Assembly: GCA_034434835.1 (NCBI GenBank)
Contig: DAOTXX010000129.1
Coordinates: 24,844 to 88,843 of the forward strand
Length of the DNA: 64,000 nucleotides
Source of the DNA: Thermoflexales bacterium
Lineage (GTDB): Bacteria; Chloroflexota; Anaerolineae; Fen-1058
Direction of reading: 5' to 3'
The translations under genes were made by a program, and so were the position numbers. The notes under the pieces were generated by a model, which was not told the DNA's origin, did not search any database, and saw nothing but the letters and a program-made list of their open reading frames with translations. This document shows positions 40,891 through 49,340 of the stretch, piece after piece; positions within the stretch are counted from its first letter, which is position 1; each line of letters begins with the position of its first letter.

Positions 40891-41919
40891 GGGTATAGAG
40901 ATCGGACACCATATCGCTCATCAAGTCCGCCACGTATCGCACCGCGCTGATCGCCCGGCTGTAGGGCATCCGCATTGGCCCCAACACGCCGAGCGCGCCC
41001 GTGGCAAAATCAGGCACGCCATAACGCGCCAGCACGAGCGAGTAATCCTTCAACTCCCGCCAGCGCCCTTCGCCGCCGATCACGACCTGGACGTTTCCCA
41101 CATCTGGACTGACCGCGTGGTTCAGCACTTCTTCCAACAGACCCGTGCGCTCCTCCAGCACGCCCAACAAGGTTTCGGCCTCTGCTTTCCCTTCAAACTC
41201 GGGCTGCTTGAGCACCTCTGCTAACCCATCCCGATAGACCGTGCGAGCCGCGCGCGACTCGGTCTGTTGCATGATGTCGGCAATCACGCTGGCGATCTCG
41301 GCTTCAAACGCCGGGAGGTTGGAGCGCACCGCCGTGATGGCTTCCGCCGAAAGATTCTCGCACGCATTGTTCAACCGGCGCGAAGTTTCGTCCAGCGCTT
41401 CCTGCGCCAACGATTGGGCCAGCGTGAGCATCTCTTGCTTCACGCTGCCGTCTTGCAGGACAAGGATAAGCAACACGACCTGTCCGTGCGTGGAAATCAG
41501 TTGAACGTGCTTGAACCTGACGCGCGTAGACTGCGGGGCTGTGATGAGCGCAGCGCTGCGCGATGTGCGTGCCAGCACGGCGGCGGCCAGCTTGGTCCAT
41601 TGCTCAATGTTCTGCCGCACCTGGTGGAACTGGTGGGCAATCATGCGCTGCTCTTCAAGAGGTAACTGGGCTTCGCCCATCAGTCGCTCGACGAAATAGC
41701 GATACCCTGCTTCAGTGGGCACGCGCCCGGCCGAAGTGTGCGGGTGAGTCAGGTAACCCAACTCCTCCAACCGGGCTAATTCGTTGCGGATCGTTGCCGA
41801 ACTCACACCCAGCTTGAACTTGTCGGCCAGTCCTTTCGAGCCGACTGGCGCCGCAGTGGATACATATTCCCGGACAACCAAGCTCAAAATCATTTGTTGC
41901 CGGGAGGTTAATTTCTCCA
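40865..41919 (-). CDS. hrcA: Heat-inducible transcription repressor HrcA.
   Basis: GTG start (VEKLTSRQQMILSLVVREYVSTAAPVGSKGLADK, the HrcA N-terminal wHTH). The track ORF extends non-codingly across the CIRCE element. Confidence 0.85.
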
Positions 41920-41944
41920 CGGACTTAGCCCCCCTGCTAACACA

Positions 41945-41971
41945 ATAGCACTCTCGAATTGAGAGTGCTAA
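41945..41971. promoter_or_regulatory. CIRCE operator (HrcA-binding inverted repeat).
   Basis: aTAGCACTC-tcgaattga-GAGTGCTAA matches the TTAGCACTC-N9-GAGTGCTAA consensus and lies 25-50 bp upstream of the hrcA start. Confidence 0.9.
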
Positions 41972-42138
41972 CAACCTGGCAAAAATCATACCACGAAGCC
42001 GAATCTATGTCAAGGATTCAGCAGATGACGGATGGCGGAACGATTGGCGTTTCGGTTCATTCGGTGTAAAATCGGTTCCCGATCCTATTATCCGCGGGTC
42101 TGTGATCAGCGTCAGCATGAATTCCTATCCACGAGCTT

Positions 42139-42972
42139 ATGCCACTCTTGCTGCCACAAATCGCCGCAGGATTTGTTCTCAGTTTGATCATCGCCTGGCT
42201 GGCGTATCGCCGGGCCGCGCTCACCCTCGATGGCGCGGTGGGTGCCATTTTGACGGGCACCGCTATCTTTGGTTTCGGCGGGCTGGATTGGGGATTGCTG
42301 CTGATTGTGTTCTTTGTCTCTTCCAGCCTGTTGACGCGCTACAAGGAAACGGCAAAGGCAGAGGTCGTTGAGCAGTTTGCCAAGGGCGGTCCACGCGACC
42401 TGGGGCAGGCCCTGGCAAACGGCGGGCTGGCCGCGCTGATCGCTTTGGCTTATGGATTGACCGGATCGGCTTGCCTGCCCTTGCTGTTTGCTTTTGTCGG
42501 CGCGCTTGCAGAAGCCAATGCCGACACGTGGGCAACCGAGCTGGGGGTGCTCAGCCAGGAAACGCCGCGCCTGATCACCACTCGCAAGCCAGTTGCGCCG
42601 GGAACTTCGGGTGGCGTGACATGGGATGGCACCGGCGCTGGCCTGGCCGGTGCGGCGCTCATCGGGGGACTGGCTGCTGTGTTTCGCTGGATCGATGGAG
42701 CGCCGATTGTCTTAGCCTTGATGTTGTTGCCGGTCGGCGCACTCGCGGGTGTGATCGGTTCGCTGGCCGATAGTGTGCTTGGCGCGACGGCGCAGGGCAT
42801 TTATTACTGCGATGTCTGTGGCAAAGAGACCGAGCGCGAGCTGCACCGCTGCGGCACGCGCACGCGGCTTGTGCGCGGCTGGTGCGCGTTGAATAACGAT
42901 GGGGTGAATTTCATCGGGACGCTGATCGGCGCGGTGATCGCGGGAGCGTTGGGCGCTCTGCTGATAAAATGA
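42139..42972 (+). CDS. DUF92-family integral membrane protein.
   Basis: 277 aa, multi-TM and Gly/Ala-rich, with a C-terminal CxxC...C segment (YCDVCGKETERELHRC). Confidence 0.6.
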   Translation: MPLLLPQIAAGFVLSLIIAWLAYRRAALTLDGAVGAILTGTAIFGFGGLDWGLLLIVFFVSSSLLTRYKETAKAEVVEQFAKGGPRDLGQALANGGLAALIALAYGLTGSACLPLLFAFVGALAEANADTWATELGVLSQETPRLITTRKPVAPGTSGGVTWDGTGAGLAGAALIGGLAAVFRWIDGAPIVLALMLLPVGALAGVIGSLADSVLGATAQGIYYCDVCGKETERELHRCGTRTRLVRGWCALNNDGVNFIGTLIGAVIAGALGALLIK

Positions 42973-43766
42973 CTGCCGACCACAGAACGCCAATCGTCGC
43001 TTATTTCCGCCCTATAGCGTCAGTGGTCTTGGTGTTGACCCTCATCGCCGCAATGACTCTGGCGGCTTGCGCGCCAATACCTAATCCCCCGTCCCTGCCT
43101 TCCATCCCCGCGCAAACGCCTGAGCCTGCCGATGCCTTTGATTTTCCACTTCCCCGTGAACAGTTCGGCCCGTACATTCCCAACGTCGGCGGGCCGCTGC
43201 CGGTGGACACGCGATATGGCGCGCAAAACCCCGGAGTTGGCCCGGCCGGCAAATGCTTTGTCACTCGAAATGGAAACAAGGTCCCTTTCCATCAACTGTA
43301 TCACGCAGGCGAGGATTGGTTCGCACAAGATGCGCAGGGGCGAGTGGACGGTCATCGCGCGGCCGGTGCTCCGGTTCGCGCGATTGCCAATGGTGCAGTG
43401 ACGTGGGCACAGGGCATTGGCGCGGATGGCTATCTCTTGGTGCTGGAGCATCTCTTGCCGGATGGCTCGCGCGTGTGGTCCGCGTACTGGCACATCACGC
43501 GGCCGGTGGTGGCAATCGGTCAGGCGGTCAAGCGCGGCGAGCGCATCGCAGACGTGTTTGATCGGGGATTCAACTCGCATTTGCATTGGGAGGTTCGCAC
43601 ATTTGGCGATGCCACGGCGCTCTTTCCGCCCGATTCGGCCGGCGGGCGCGGTACGTGCAATGGTCGAATGGCTGGTGTGGGCTACACCTGGGATGACGAT
43701 CCATCCCGCGCCCGACCCGACTTTTGGGGCTATCGCCACCCGACGGCGTTTGTCGAGGCGCGGTAA
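42969..43766 (+). CDS. M23-family (LytM-type) peptidase lipoprotein.
   Basis: Lipobox LAACAP. M23 metal-binding motifs HxxxD (YHAGEDW) and HxH (SHLHWEV). Confidence 0.75.
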   Translation: MTADHRTPIVAYFRPIASVVLVLTLIAAMTLAACAPIPNPPSLPSIPAQTPEPADAFDFPLPREQFGPYIPNVGGPLPVDTRYGAQNPGVGPAGKCFVTRNGNKVPFHQLYHAGEDWFAQDAQGRVDGHRAAGAPVRAIANGAVTWAQGIGADGYLLVLEHLLPDGSRVWSAYWHITRPVVAIGQAVKRGERIADVFDRGFNSHLHWEVRTFGDATALFPPDSAGGRGTCNGRMAGVGYTWDDDPSRARPDFWGYRHPTAFVEAR

Positions 43767-43917
43767 AAGCGATATGTACGGTAGCCGTAGCTATACCATG
43801 CGCCTTCGGGTTTTGTGGATAGGGGTGGGCGAAGGCATTGCTTTCGCCCGCCAGCGCCCTCACCGAAGGCAATTCGTTGACAGATTCCCGCCGAACTGTT
43901 ACCGGTAGCTTTTATTC

Positions 43918-44060
43918 GTAACTACTCAGCCGTCATTGCGAGGAGGCCCGCGAAGTGGGCTGACGAAGCAATCTCAGCGATCGGAGCACAGAGATTGCTT
44001 CGCCTGCCTTCGGCAGGCTCGCAATGACAGCCTGTGCGGTAGACTGGGCTGAGTAGTTAC
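43918..44060. mobile_element. MITE-like non-autonomous element (143 bp) with 14-bp terminal inverted repeats and 8-bp target-site duplications.
   Basis: TIRs GTAACTACTCAGCC ... GGCTGAGTAGTTAC. Flanking direct repeats TTTTATTC at 43910-43917 and 44061-44068. The interior is a long imperfect palindrome with nested hairpins (gaagcaatctc/gagattgcttc; gcctgccttcggcaggc). Confidence 0.6.
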
Positions 44061-44062
44061 TT

Positions 44063-44386
44063 TTATTCCGCAAACATCTCGGCCAAGACGGCCAGCACAG
44101 CACGTTGTGTTCCTGCACTAATCTGCCCGAGTCGTTTGACCAGGCGAACCTTGTCCACTGTTCGTAATTGATCAAGGACAATCTGCCCGTCTTTGCCCTG
44201 AAAACGACAGGATACGCGAGTTGGATAAGGTCGCTCCTTGGTCGTCATCGGGGCGACGATCACCGTTGCAATGTGGCGGTTCATCTCATCGGGGGATACT
44301 ATGAGGCACGGGCGAGTCTTGTGGATCTCGCTGCCGATTGTGGGATCAAGATTAACCAGGTAGACCTCGAATCGGTTTACTTCCAT
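44063..44386 (-). CDS. mazF: MazF/PemK-family endoribonuclease toxin.
   Basis: MEVNRFEVYLVNLDPTIGSEIHKTRPCLIVSPDEMN...VIVAPMT. The stop codon lies inside the right target-site duplication (TSD) copy of the MITE-like element. Confidence 0.85.
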   Translation of the reverse strand: MEVNRFEVYLVNLDPTIGSEIHKTRPCLIVSPDEMNRHIATVIVAPMTTKERPYPTRVSCRFQGKDGQIVLDQLRTVDKVRLVKRLGQISAGTQRAVLAVLAEMFAE

Positions 44387-44646
44387 TCCCACTCGTCCGC
44401 ATCCCATCGCGTGAGGCCAGTGATACCCATGTCTAGCAATCGATCATCGCCATGTTCTGCCATGGCTTTGAATCGTTTATCCCAGTTGTGGCGCGGCAAG
44501 CGAACAGGGCGGACCACCAGTTGGTTCTGCTGGATAGTCAACTCCACCTCTTCGTCGAACCCGAGCTGGTCAAGCAACAACTTGGGAATGCGGATGCCCT
44601 GCGAGTTACCCATTTTGACGAGGTGCGTTTTCATCACTGTGCTCAT
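44377..44646 (-). CDS. mazE: MazE/AbrB-type antitoxin.
   Basis: SpoVT/AbrB swapped-hairpin motif LVKMGNSQGIRIPK. Overlaps the mazF start by about 10 nt. Confidence 0.8.
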   Translation of the reverse strand: MSTVMKTHLVKMGNSQGIRIPKLLLDQLGFDEEVELTIQQNQLVVRPVRLPRHNWDKRFKAMAEHGDDRLLDMGITGLTRWDADEWEWK

Positions 44647-45145
44647 GTGTCTGTTCCCTCGCTTTCAATGTGCTTACATTGTACCCACATCTCGCGCAAC
44701 GGTCAAGAGCAGATTGGCAGGAAACGCGCAACGGTCGAGCACCGGGCTAGTTTCCGGTACAAAACCAGCCGGCCGGGCTCCCCTGCCCGCCTTCTCCCCC
44801 TGCGAAGCGGGGGGAGTTGGAGGGGGGCGGCGACATGGGAGCCGCCTGTGCTGGGTTTTCGGACAGGTTCTAAGGAGATTCGCCTGTCAAATCCGCAATA
44901 ATCTGCAACAGCCGCGCTGTTTCTTGTTCCAATTCACGTACCTGCTCTCGCAGTTGGGTATTCGTTTGCTAGTTACGTTCCAGGGTCTGACGCAAACGTT
45001 GTTCCTCGGTCCGCTGAAGTCGTAACTCGATCAGTTGCGCACGGTTGAGGCGTAAACGCTGGATGTGAGACCAGCCGCGTTGCACCAAACCAAACAGCCG
45101 GCCATCGGGGAGGGTGCCAACCACCGCGCTTTTAGTTTTCTGCCT

Positions 45146-46141
45146 TTATCCTGCATCCTTCAGGCGCACTCCCAACCCCGGCCCATTCGGGAGGGTGATT
45201 TTCGCGCCGTCATAGTGCAAGCCTACGAACGGATCGTTGGCGATCAGCAGCGGGCCGTCGAGGTCGCAATAGTCTGCCAGCGGCGCGAGGTGCGCCGCGG
45301 CCGTCACGCCGACCGCGCTCTCCACCATGCAACTGAGCATGATCTGCATGTCAAGCGCGCGTGCGACCGCCATGGTCTTGATCGCGCCGCGCAGGCCACC
45401 CGTTTTCATCAGCTTGACGACGACGCCGTCAATCGCCCCGGCCAGCTTGGGCAGATCGCGCCCGGTCTGCGCCGATTCATCGGCAAAAATGGGCACGCTC
45501 ACGCGGCTCTTGAGCCAGCGCAGGCCTTCCCAGTCCTCGCGCGCGAGCGGCTGCTCGATGAACTCGATGTCGTACTCGCCCAGTTGAGGGATGATCCGCG
45601 CGGCCTGCTCGCGCGTCCAACCGGCGTTGGCATCCAGGCGCAATCGAGCATCTGTCGCGTGACGGATCGCTTTCACCCTCGCCACATCATCGCCCGCGCC
45701 GACCTTGATTTTGAGGATGGGCAGCCCGGATTCTTTGGCGCGCGCGGCCATGACCTCCGGCTGGTCCATCCCAATCGTGAATGAGGTATCCGGCACGCGC
45801 GCCGGATTGAGGCCGAATAATTTGTAGAGCGGAATGTCCAACCGTTTGCCGATGAGGTCGTGCAGCGCCACGTCAATCGCTGCATAGCCTGCCACCGAGG
45901 CGCGCGGCAAGCGCGCGAGAATGTCTTCGATCTGGTACGGATCGTCGCCTAGCAGCGGGGCAACCTGGGCGCAATAATCCATCACGCCTTGCGGCGTCTC
46001 CTGGTAATACGGCACAACCGGCGCTTCGCCCAGTCCCTCGTCAATCCGCACCAGGACGTTGTGGCGCACGTCGCTTGAGCCGTGAGCGATGGTAAAAGTC
46101 GTGCGAAGGTGAAGATCAAGGGGTTCGGTGGTGATGCGCAT
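45146..46141 (-). CDS. L-Ala-D/L-Glu (dipeptide) epimerase, enolase superfamily.
   Basis: Starts MRITTEPLDLHL. KxK motif (LKIKVGAG) and metal ligands (LRLDANAGW; IEQP; FADES); about 330 aa. Confidence 0.75.
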   Translation of the reverse strand: MRITTEPLDLHLRTTFTIAHGSSDVRHNVLVRIDEGLGEAPVVPYYQETPQGVMDYCAQVAPLLGDDPYQIEDILARLPRASVAGYAAIDVALHDLIGKRLDIPLYKLFGLNPARVPDTSFTIGMDQPEVMAARAKESGLPILKIKVGAGDDVARVKAIRHATDARLRLDANAGWTREQAARIIPQLGEYDIEFIEQPLAREDWEGLRWLKSRVSVPIFADESAQTGRDLPKLAGAIDGVVVKLMKTGGLRGAIKTMAVARALDMQIMLSCMVESAVGVTAAAHLAPLADYCDLDGPLLIANDPFVGLHYDGAKITLPNGPGLGVRLKDAG

Positions 46142-46153
46142 GGGATCGCTTCG

Positions 46154-46204
46154 TAAAACGTGAAGCGTGAAACGTGAAGGGAGCATGACGTTTCACGTTT
46201 CACG
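46154..46204. repeat. Heptamer-periodic inverted-array hairpin repeat (ACGTGAA x3 / TTCACGT-type).
   Basis: aaaacgtgaagcgtgaaacgtgaagggagcatgacgtttcacgtttcacgc lies in the 60-bp spacer between the NlpC/P60 stop and the epimerase start. Confidence 0.65.
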
Positions 46205-46206
46205 CA

Positions 46207-47304
46207 TCAGGTGAATCTTTGCACGCCTGCCAGGCGCTCTCTGAGCCAGGCGCGGTAAATCGGTGAAGTCGGATCGAGGCTGTTGCGCGTGACGCCCCAC
46301 ACGTGGCCGGTCGAGTGAATCAGCTCGGGGCCGCCCAGCGAGACCGCCACGTGTGAGATCGAGGCATAGCGCGGCGTAACCGAGTCCGTTGTTTCGCTGC
46401 TAAAGAACAGCAGGTCGCCCGGGCGCGGCTCGCCTTCGACCGGCTGGCCGGCCATGAATTGCTGATCCGCGTCGCGCGGCACACGCAGCCCCATAAATTC
46501 CATCGTCGTCTGCGCAAAGCCGGAACAATCGAACCCGAATGGTGTCTCGCCGCCCCACAGATACGGCACGCCGATAAAACGGCCCATCAGCTCCAGCGTG
46601 CGCGCGATGCCCTCGGCGTCCGGGCGAGGACGTTGTGCCATGGGCAGCAGATCGCTTTCGGCCACCCACAGGGGCGGTTCGCCTTCCCAATTGACGCGCG
46701 CCATGCCCCATCGCCGTTCGGCGACCCGGACCGGCACGCCGAACGGCAGCCTGGTCGCGCGCAGACCTTCCGGCTCGTTGCCTCCACTCACCAGTAAGCC
46801 GCTGTAAGCGGCCGCCGTCTCGGCCACGATGAGCGCGTCCGCTGAGGCGCGATAAGCGTGCGCTTCATCACGGGCGCAGCCATAAAGCGACGACTCTTGC
46901 ATCCAGCCCAGGTAGCCATCGGCGATGCGAACGAACCGCCAGCCGTTTTCCGCCTCACACGCGAGCAACTCGACCGGCTCGCCGAACAATCCTTGCGCCA
47001 GCAGCTCGGCGCCGTTCTCTGGCCGGCGGCGCAGGTTCGAAAGGCCGCGTCGCACGATGCCCCACAGGCCGTTGGGTTGGGACAGCACCGTGATTTCATT
47101 GACGATTGGCAGCTCGGGCGTGGCCTGACGGACAGCTCGCTCGGCTTCGGCGCGTTGATCGTCCGTGAGGACGCGCCCGGTCAGTCGAAGAGTGTTGCCC
47201 GCGAGTTCAGCCCGCACCTCGAATACGGTCGTGCGGGCATCCGCCCATTTCTGTTTCTTGAGACCCTCGAGGACCGGTTGAACGTCGTTTGGCATGTCAT
47301 GCAT
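46207..47304 (-). CDS. NlpC/P60-family gamma-D-glutamyl-L-diamino-acid endopeptidase (YkfC-like) with an N-terminal accessory domain.
   Basis: Catalytic Cys in FDCSGF and a downstream His (SISHVAVSLG). It lies adjacent to a dipeptide epimerase, as in B. subtilis ykfB/ykfC. Confidence 0.75.
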   Translation of the reverse strand: MHDMPNDVQPVLEGLKKQKWADARTTVFEVRAELAGNTLRLTGRVLTDDQRAEAERAVRQATPELPIVNEITVLSQPNGLWGIVRRGLSNLRRRPENGAELLAQGLFGEPVELLACEAENGWRFVRIADGYLGWMQESSLYGCARDEAHAYRASADALIVAETAAAYSGLLVSGGNEPEGLRATRLPFGVPVRVAERRWGMARVNWEGEPPLWVAESDLLPMAQRPRPDAEGIARTLELMGRFIGVPYLWGGETPFGFDCSGFAQTTMEFMGLRVPRDADQQFMAGQPVEGEPRPGDLLFFSSETTDSVTPRYASISHVAVSLGGPELIHSTGHVWGVTRNSLDPTSPIYRAWLRERLAGVQRFT

Positions 47305-47317
47305 CCTGGTAGAGGCA

Positions 47318-47903
47318 TCATGAGACCGCGCTCACACTTTTTGAGACCTGTTCAGCCGCCGCGAACCCGGCCGCCAGCGCCGCGCGGTTCATGGCTTCTG
47401 TGCCTTGGGGCGCGCGGGCCGTGACGGCTTTTTCGATCGCTTCGCGTGTGACGACGCCAGTCAAGCCGACCAACAGCCCCAGCGCGACCACATTGGCGGT
47501 GATGGTTTTGCCGGTCGCTTCAACGGCCAGCCGGGTGATCGGCGCTTTGATCGCGCGGGTCGTCGGCACGCGGCCCACTTTATCCTCGTCCACGATCAAG
47601 AGGCCGCCTTTTTTGAGCGAGGCGTAATATTTGTCACACGCTTCCTGGCTCATCGCCAGCAGCACATCCGCGCCGATGACGTTGGGATAGTCAATGTCAT
47701 CCTCGCTGATGATGACTTCGGCTTTGGACGCGCCGCCGCGCGCCTCCGGCCCATAGTCCTGTGTCTGAGTGACGTTTTTGCCGTCGTAAACGGCTGCGGC
47801 TTCCGCCAGGATGATCCCGGCCAGGATCATACCTTGCCCACCTTCACCAGCCAAGCGGATTTCATAGCGACCATTGTGATTTTTGAGGCGTGTCTTGGGC
47901 ACT
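47318..47903 (-). CDS. 2-oxoacid:ferredoxin oxidoreductase, gamma subunit.
   Basis: GTG start after GGAGGTG (VPKTRLKNHNGRYEIRLAGEGGQGMILAG...). The track ORF extends beyond the real start. Confidence 0.75.
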
Positions 47904-48768
47904 AGACACCTCCCGCGATGCGCGGCGAGCCTTCGCCGCCAGCTTTGGCGCGCTCGATCAACTGATCGTACAACGCAGTGTATTCGGGCTTGTCCACGTC
48001 GAGGAGGACGCCGCGCACGATCTTGCTGGCGCGCTCTTCGGGCGTCAACTTGCCCGAGGTGGCCGCCGAAAGTGTGATGCTGTTGTCTTTGAGCTGCCGC
48101 ATCATATCCACCGCCGAGCCAAGTTTGTTGATGCGCCCGAACGTCGTGTGGCAATAGCTCACGGCTTCGACGACGCTGAACCCGTTTTTGCGGATCGCCT
48201 GCTCGATGTAGCGATCCAGCTCGACGGCGTGATAGACTGTGCTGCGCGCAACGTACGACGCGCCGCACGCGATGGCCGTCTCGCACACTGGCAGTGGCTG
48301 CTCGATGTTGCCGTAGGGCGCGGTCGTCGCGCGGCTGCCCAACGGTGTCGTCGGGCTGTACTGTCCCCCGGTCATGCCATAGGTCGAGTTGTTGACAATG
48401 ATCGCCGTCAGGCCGATGTTGCGCCGTGCTGCGTGCATAAAGTGATTGCCGCCGATCGCCAGCGCATCGCCATCGCCCATCACGACGATCACCTTGAGCC
48501 TGGGCTTGGCGAGCTTCAAGCCGGTGGCAAACGCCAGCGCGCGCCCGTGCGTGGTGTGCATCGTGTTAAAGTCAAGATAGACCGGCATGCGCCCCGCGCA
48601 GCCGATGCCAGAGATGACCGCGACATCGTCTTTAGCCAACCCCATCCGGTCAATCGCGCGGATGAGCGCGCCCATCACGATGCCGATGCCGCACCCGGCG
48701 CACCAGACATTCGGGAATTTTTTCGTCTGTCGAAGGTAGCTGTAAGCAGAGTGTTGCTCGTGTGTCAT
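47902..48768 (-). CDS. 2-oxoacid:ferredoxin oxidoreductase, beta (TPP-binding) subunit.
   Basis: CxGCG Fe-S/TPP region (WCAGCGIGIV) and the TPP Mg-site GDGD (VVMGDGDALAIGGNH). Confidence 0.85.
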   Translation of the reverse strand: MTHEQHSAYSYLRQTKKFPNVWCAGCGIGIVMGALIRAIDRMGLAKDDVAVISGIGCAGRMPVYLDFNTMHTTHGRALAFATGLKLAKPRLKVIVVMGDGDALAIGGNHFMHAARRNIGLTAIIVNNSTYGMTGGQYSPTTPLGSRATTAPYGNIEQPLPVCETAIACGASYVARSTVYHAVELDRYIEQAIRKNGFSVVEAVSYCHTTFGRINKLGSAVDMMRQLKDNSITLSAATSGKLTPEERASKIVRGVLLDVDKPEYTALYDQLIERAKAGGEGSPRIAGGV

Positions 48769-48779
48769 GGTGACTCCAA

Positions 48780-48835
48780 GTTACAGGTCGCAAGTCGCAG
48801 GGCGCAGGTTGTAGGTCACAGGTCGCAGGTCGCAG
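48780..48835. repeat. Tandem heptamer array (8 x 7 bp: GTTACAG GTCGCAA GTCGCAG GGCGCAG GTTGTAG GTCACAG GTCGCAG GTCGCAG).
   Basis: Perfect 7-bp periodicity immediately 3' of the four-helix-bundle gene. The inverted partner array lies at about 49280-49340. Confidence 0.8.
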
Positions 48836-48836
48836 A

Positions 48837-49217
48837 TCAATCTTCCTTGATTGCGCCGCGAAGGGCTGCCTCGCGATAGTTGTAAAGCATCCCGCCCAAC
48901 TTGCGGAATTCTGCAAAGTACTGAAAGCGTTCTGGTTGGAGACACTCGGTTTCGTGGAGCATCTCCAGGTGCGCTTTGGTCTCGTCGCAACTTGCCAGCG
49001 CAAATGTCAGGAATCGAACCTGGTCAGCAGGGTAACGCCTCCGTCCATACGCTTCTACAAAGTTAGCGACGATTGACTTGGACGAGCGCCGAATCTGATC
49101 ACCCTCGGCGTGCATTTCATATTTGGGCAACTCGGTCAGGGTCATTCGATGAGCCTCGACGGCCAATTTCTTTGACAGCTTGTAGATCTCGGTGTCCTCA
49201 TAGCCCCGCGCAGCCAT
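48837..49217 (-). CDS. Four-helix-bundle protein of the 23S rRNA intervening-sequence protein family (TIGR02436-like).
   Basis: 126 aa, all-helical (YKLSKKLAVEAHRMTLTELPKYEMHAEGDQIRRSSKSIVANFVEAYGRR...), typical of this family. It is inserted between the beta and alpha subunit genes of the oxidoreductase operon. Confidence 0.7.
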   Translation of the reverse strand: MAARGYEDTEIYKLSKKLAVEAHRMTLTELPKYEMHAEGDQIRRSSKSIVANFVEAYGRRRYPADQVRFLTFALASCDETKAHLEMLHETECLQPERFQYFAEFRKLGGMLYNYREAALRGAIKED

Positions 49218-49279
49218 ACCTGCCTCCTTTCCTCAACTGGAGCTTTTCCCAATCATGCAATTTGCTTTGGCGAACTGGG

Positions 49280-49340
49280 TGACTTGCGCCTTGTGACTTG
49301 CGTCCTGCGTCGTGTGACTTGCGCCCTGTCTCACTTGCCC
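49280..49340. repeat. Inverted partner heptamer array (TGACTTG CGCCTTG TGACTTG CGTCCTG CGTCGTG TGACTTG CGCCCTG ...).
   Basis: Reverse complement of the GTCGCAG/GTCACAG-type units at 48780-48835, immediately 5' of the four-helix-bundle gene. Confidence 0.75.

Noticed and set aside
44168-45025. 285-aa + ORF spanning the mazEF locus.
   Set aside because: It is antisense to two well-supported TA genes and runs across the intergenic GC-hairpin, with no domain signature.
47318-48286. Upstream 125 codons of the 322-aa - ORF (MRDGHRVRRVVRC...).
   Set aside because: This Arg-rich extension overlaps the beta-subunit gene in another frame. The genuine gamma subunit starts at the GTG after GGAGGTG (about 47903).
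48780-48835. A possible CRISPR array, given the regular short repeats.
   Set aside because: The units are 7 bp with no spacers (tandem heptamers), and there are no cas genes. It is a microsatellite-like array paired with an inverted copy, not a CRISPR.
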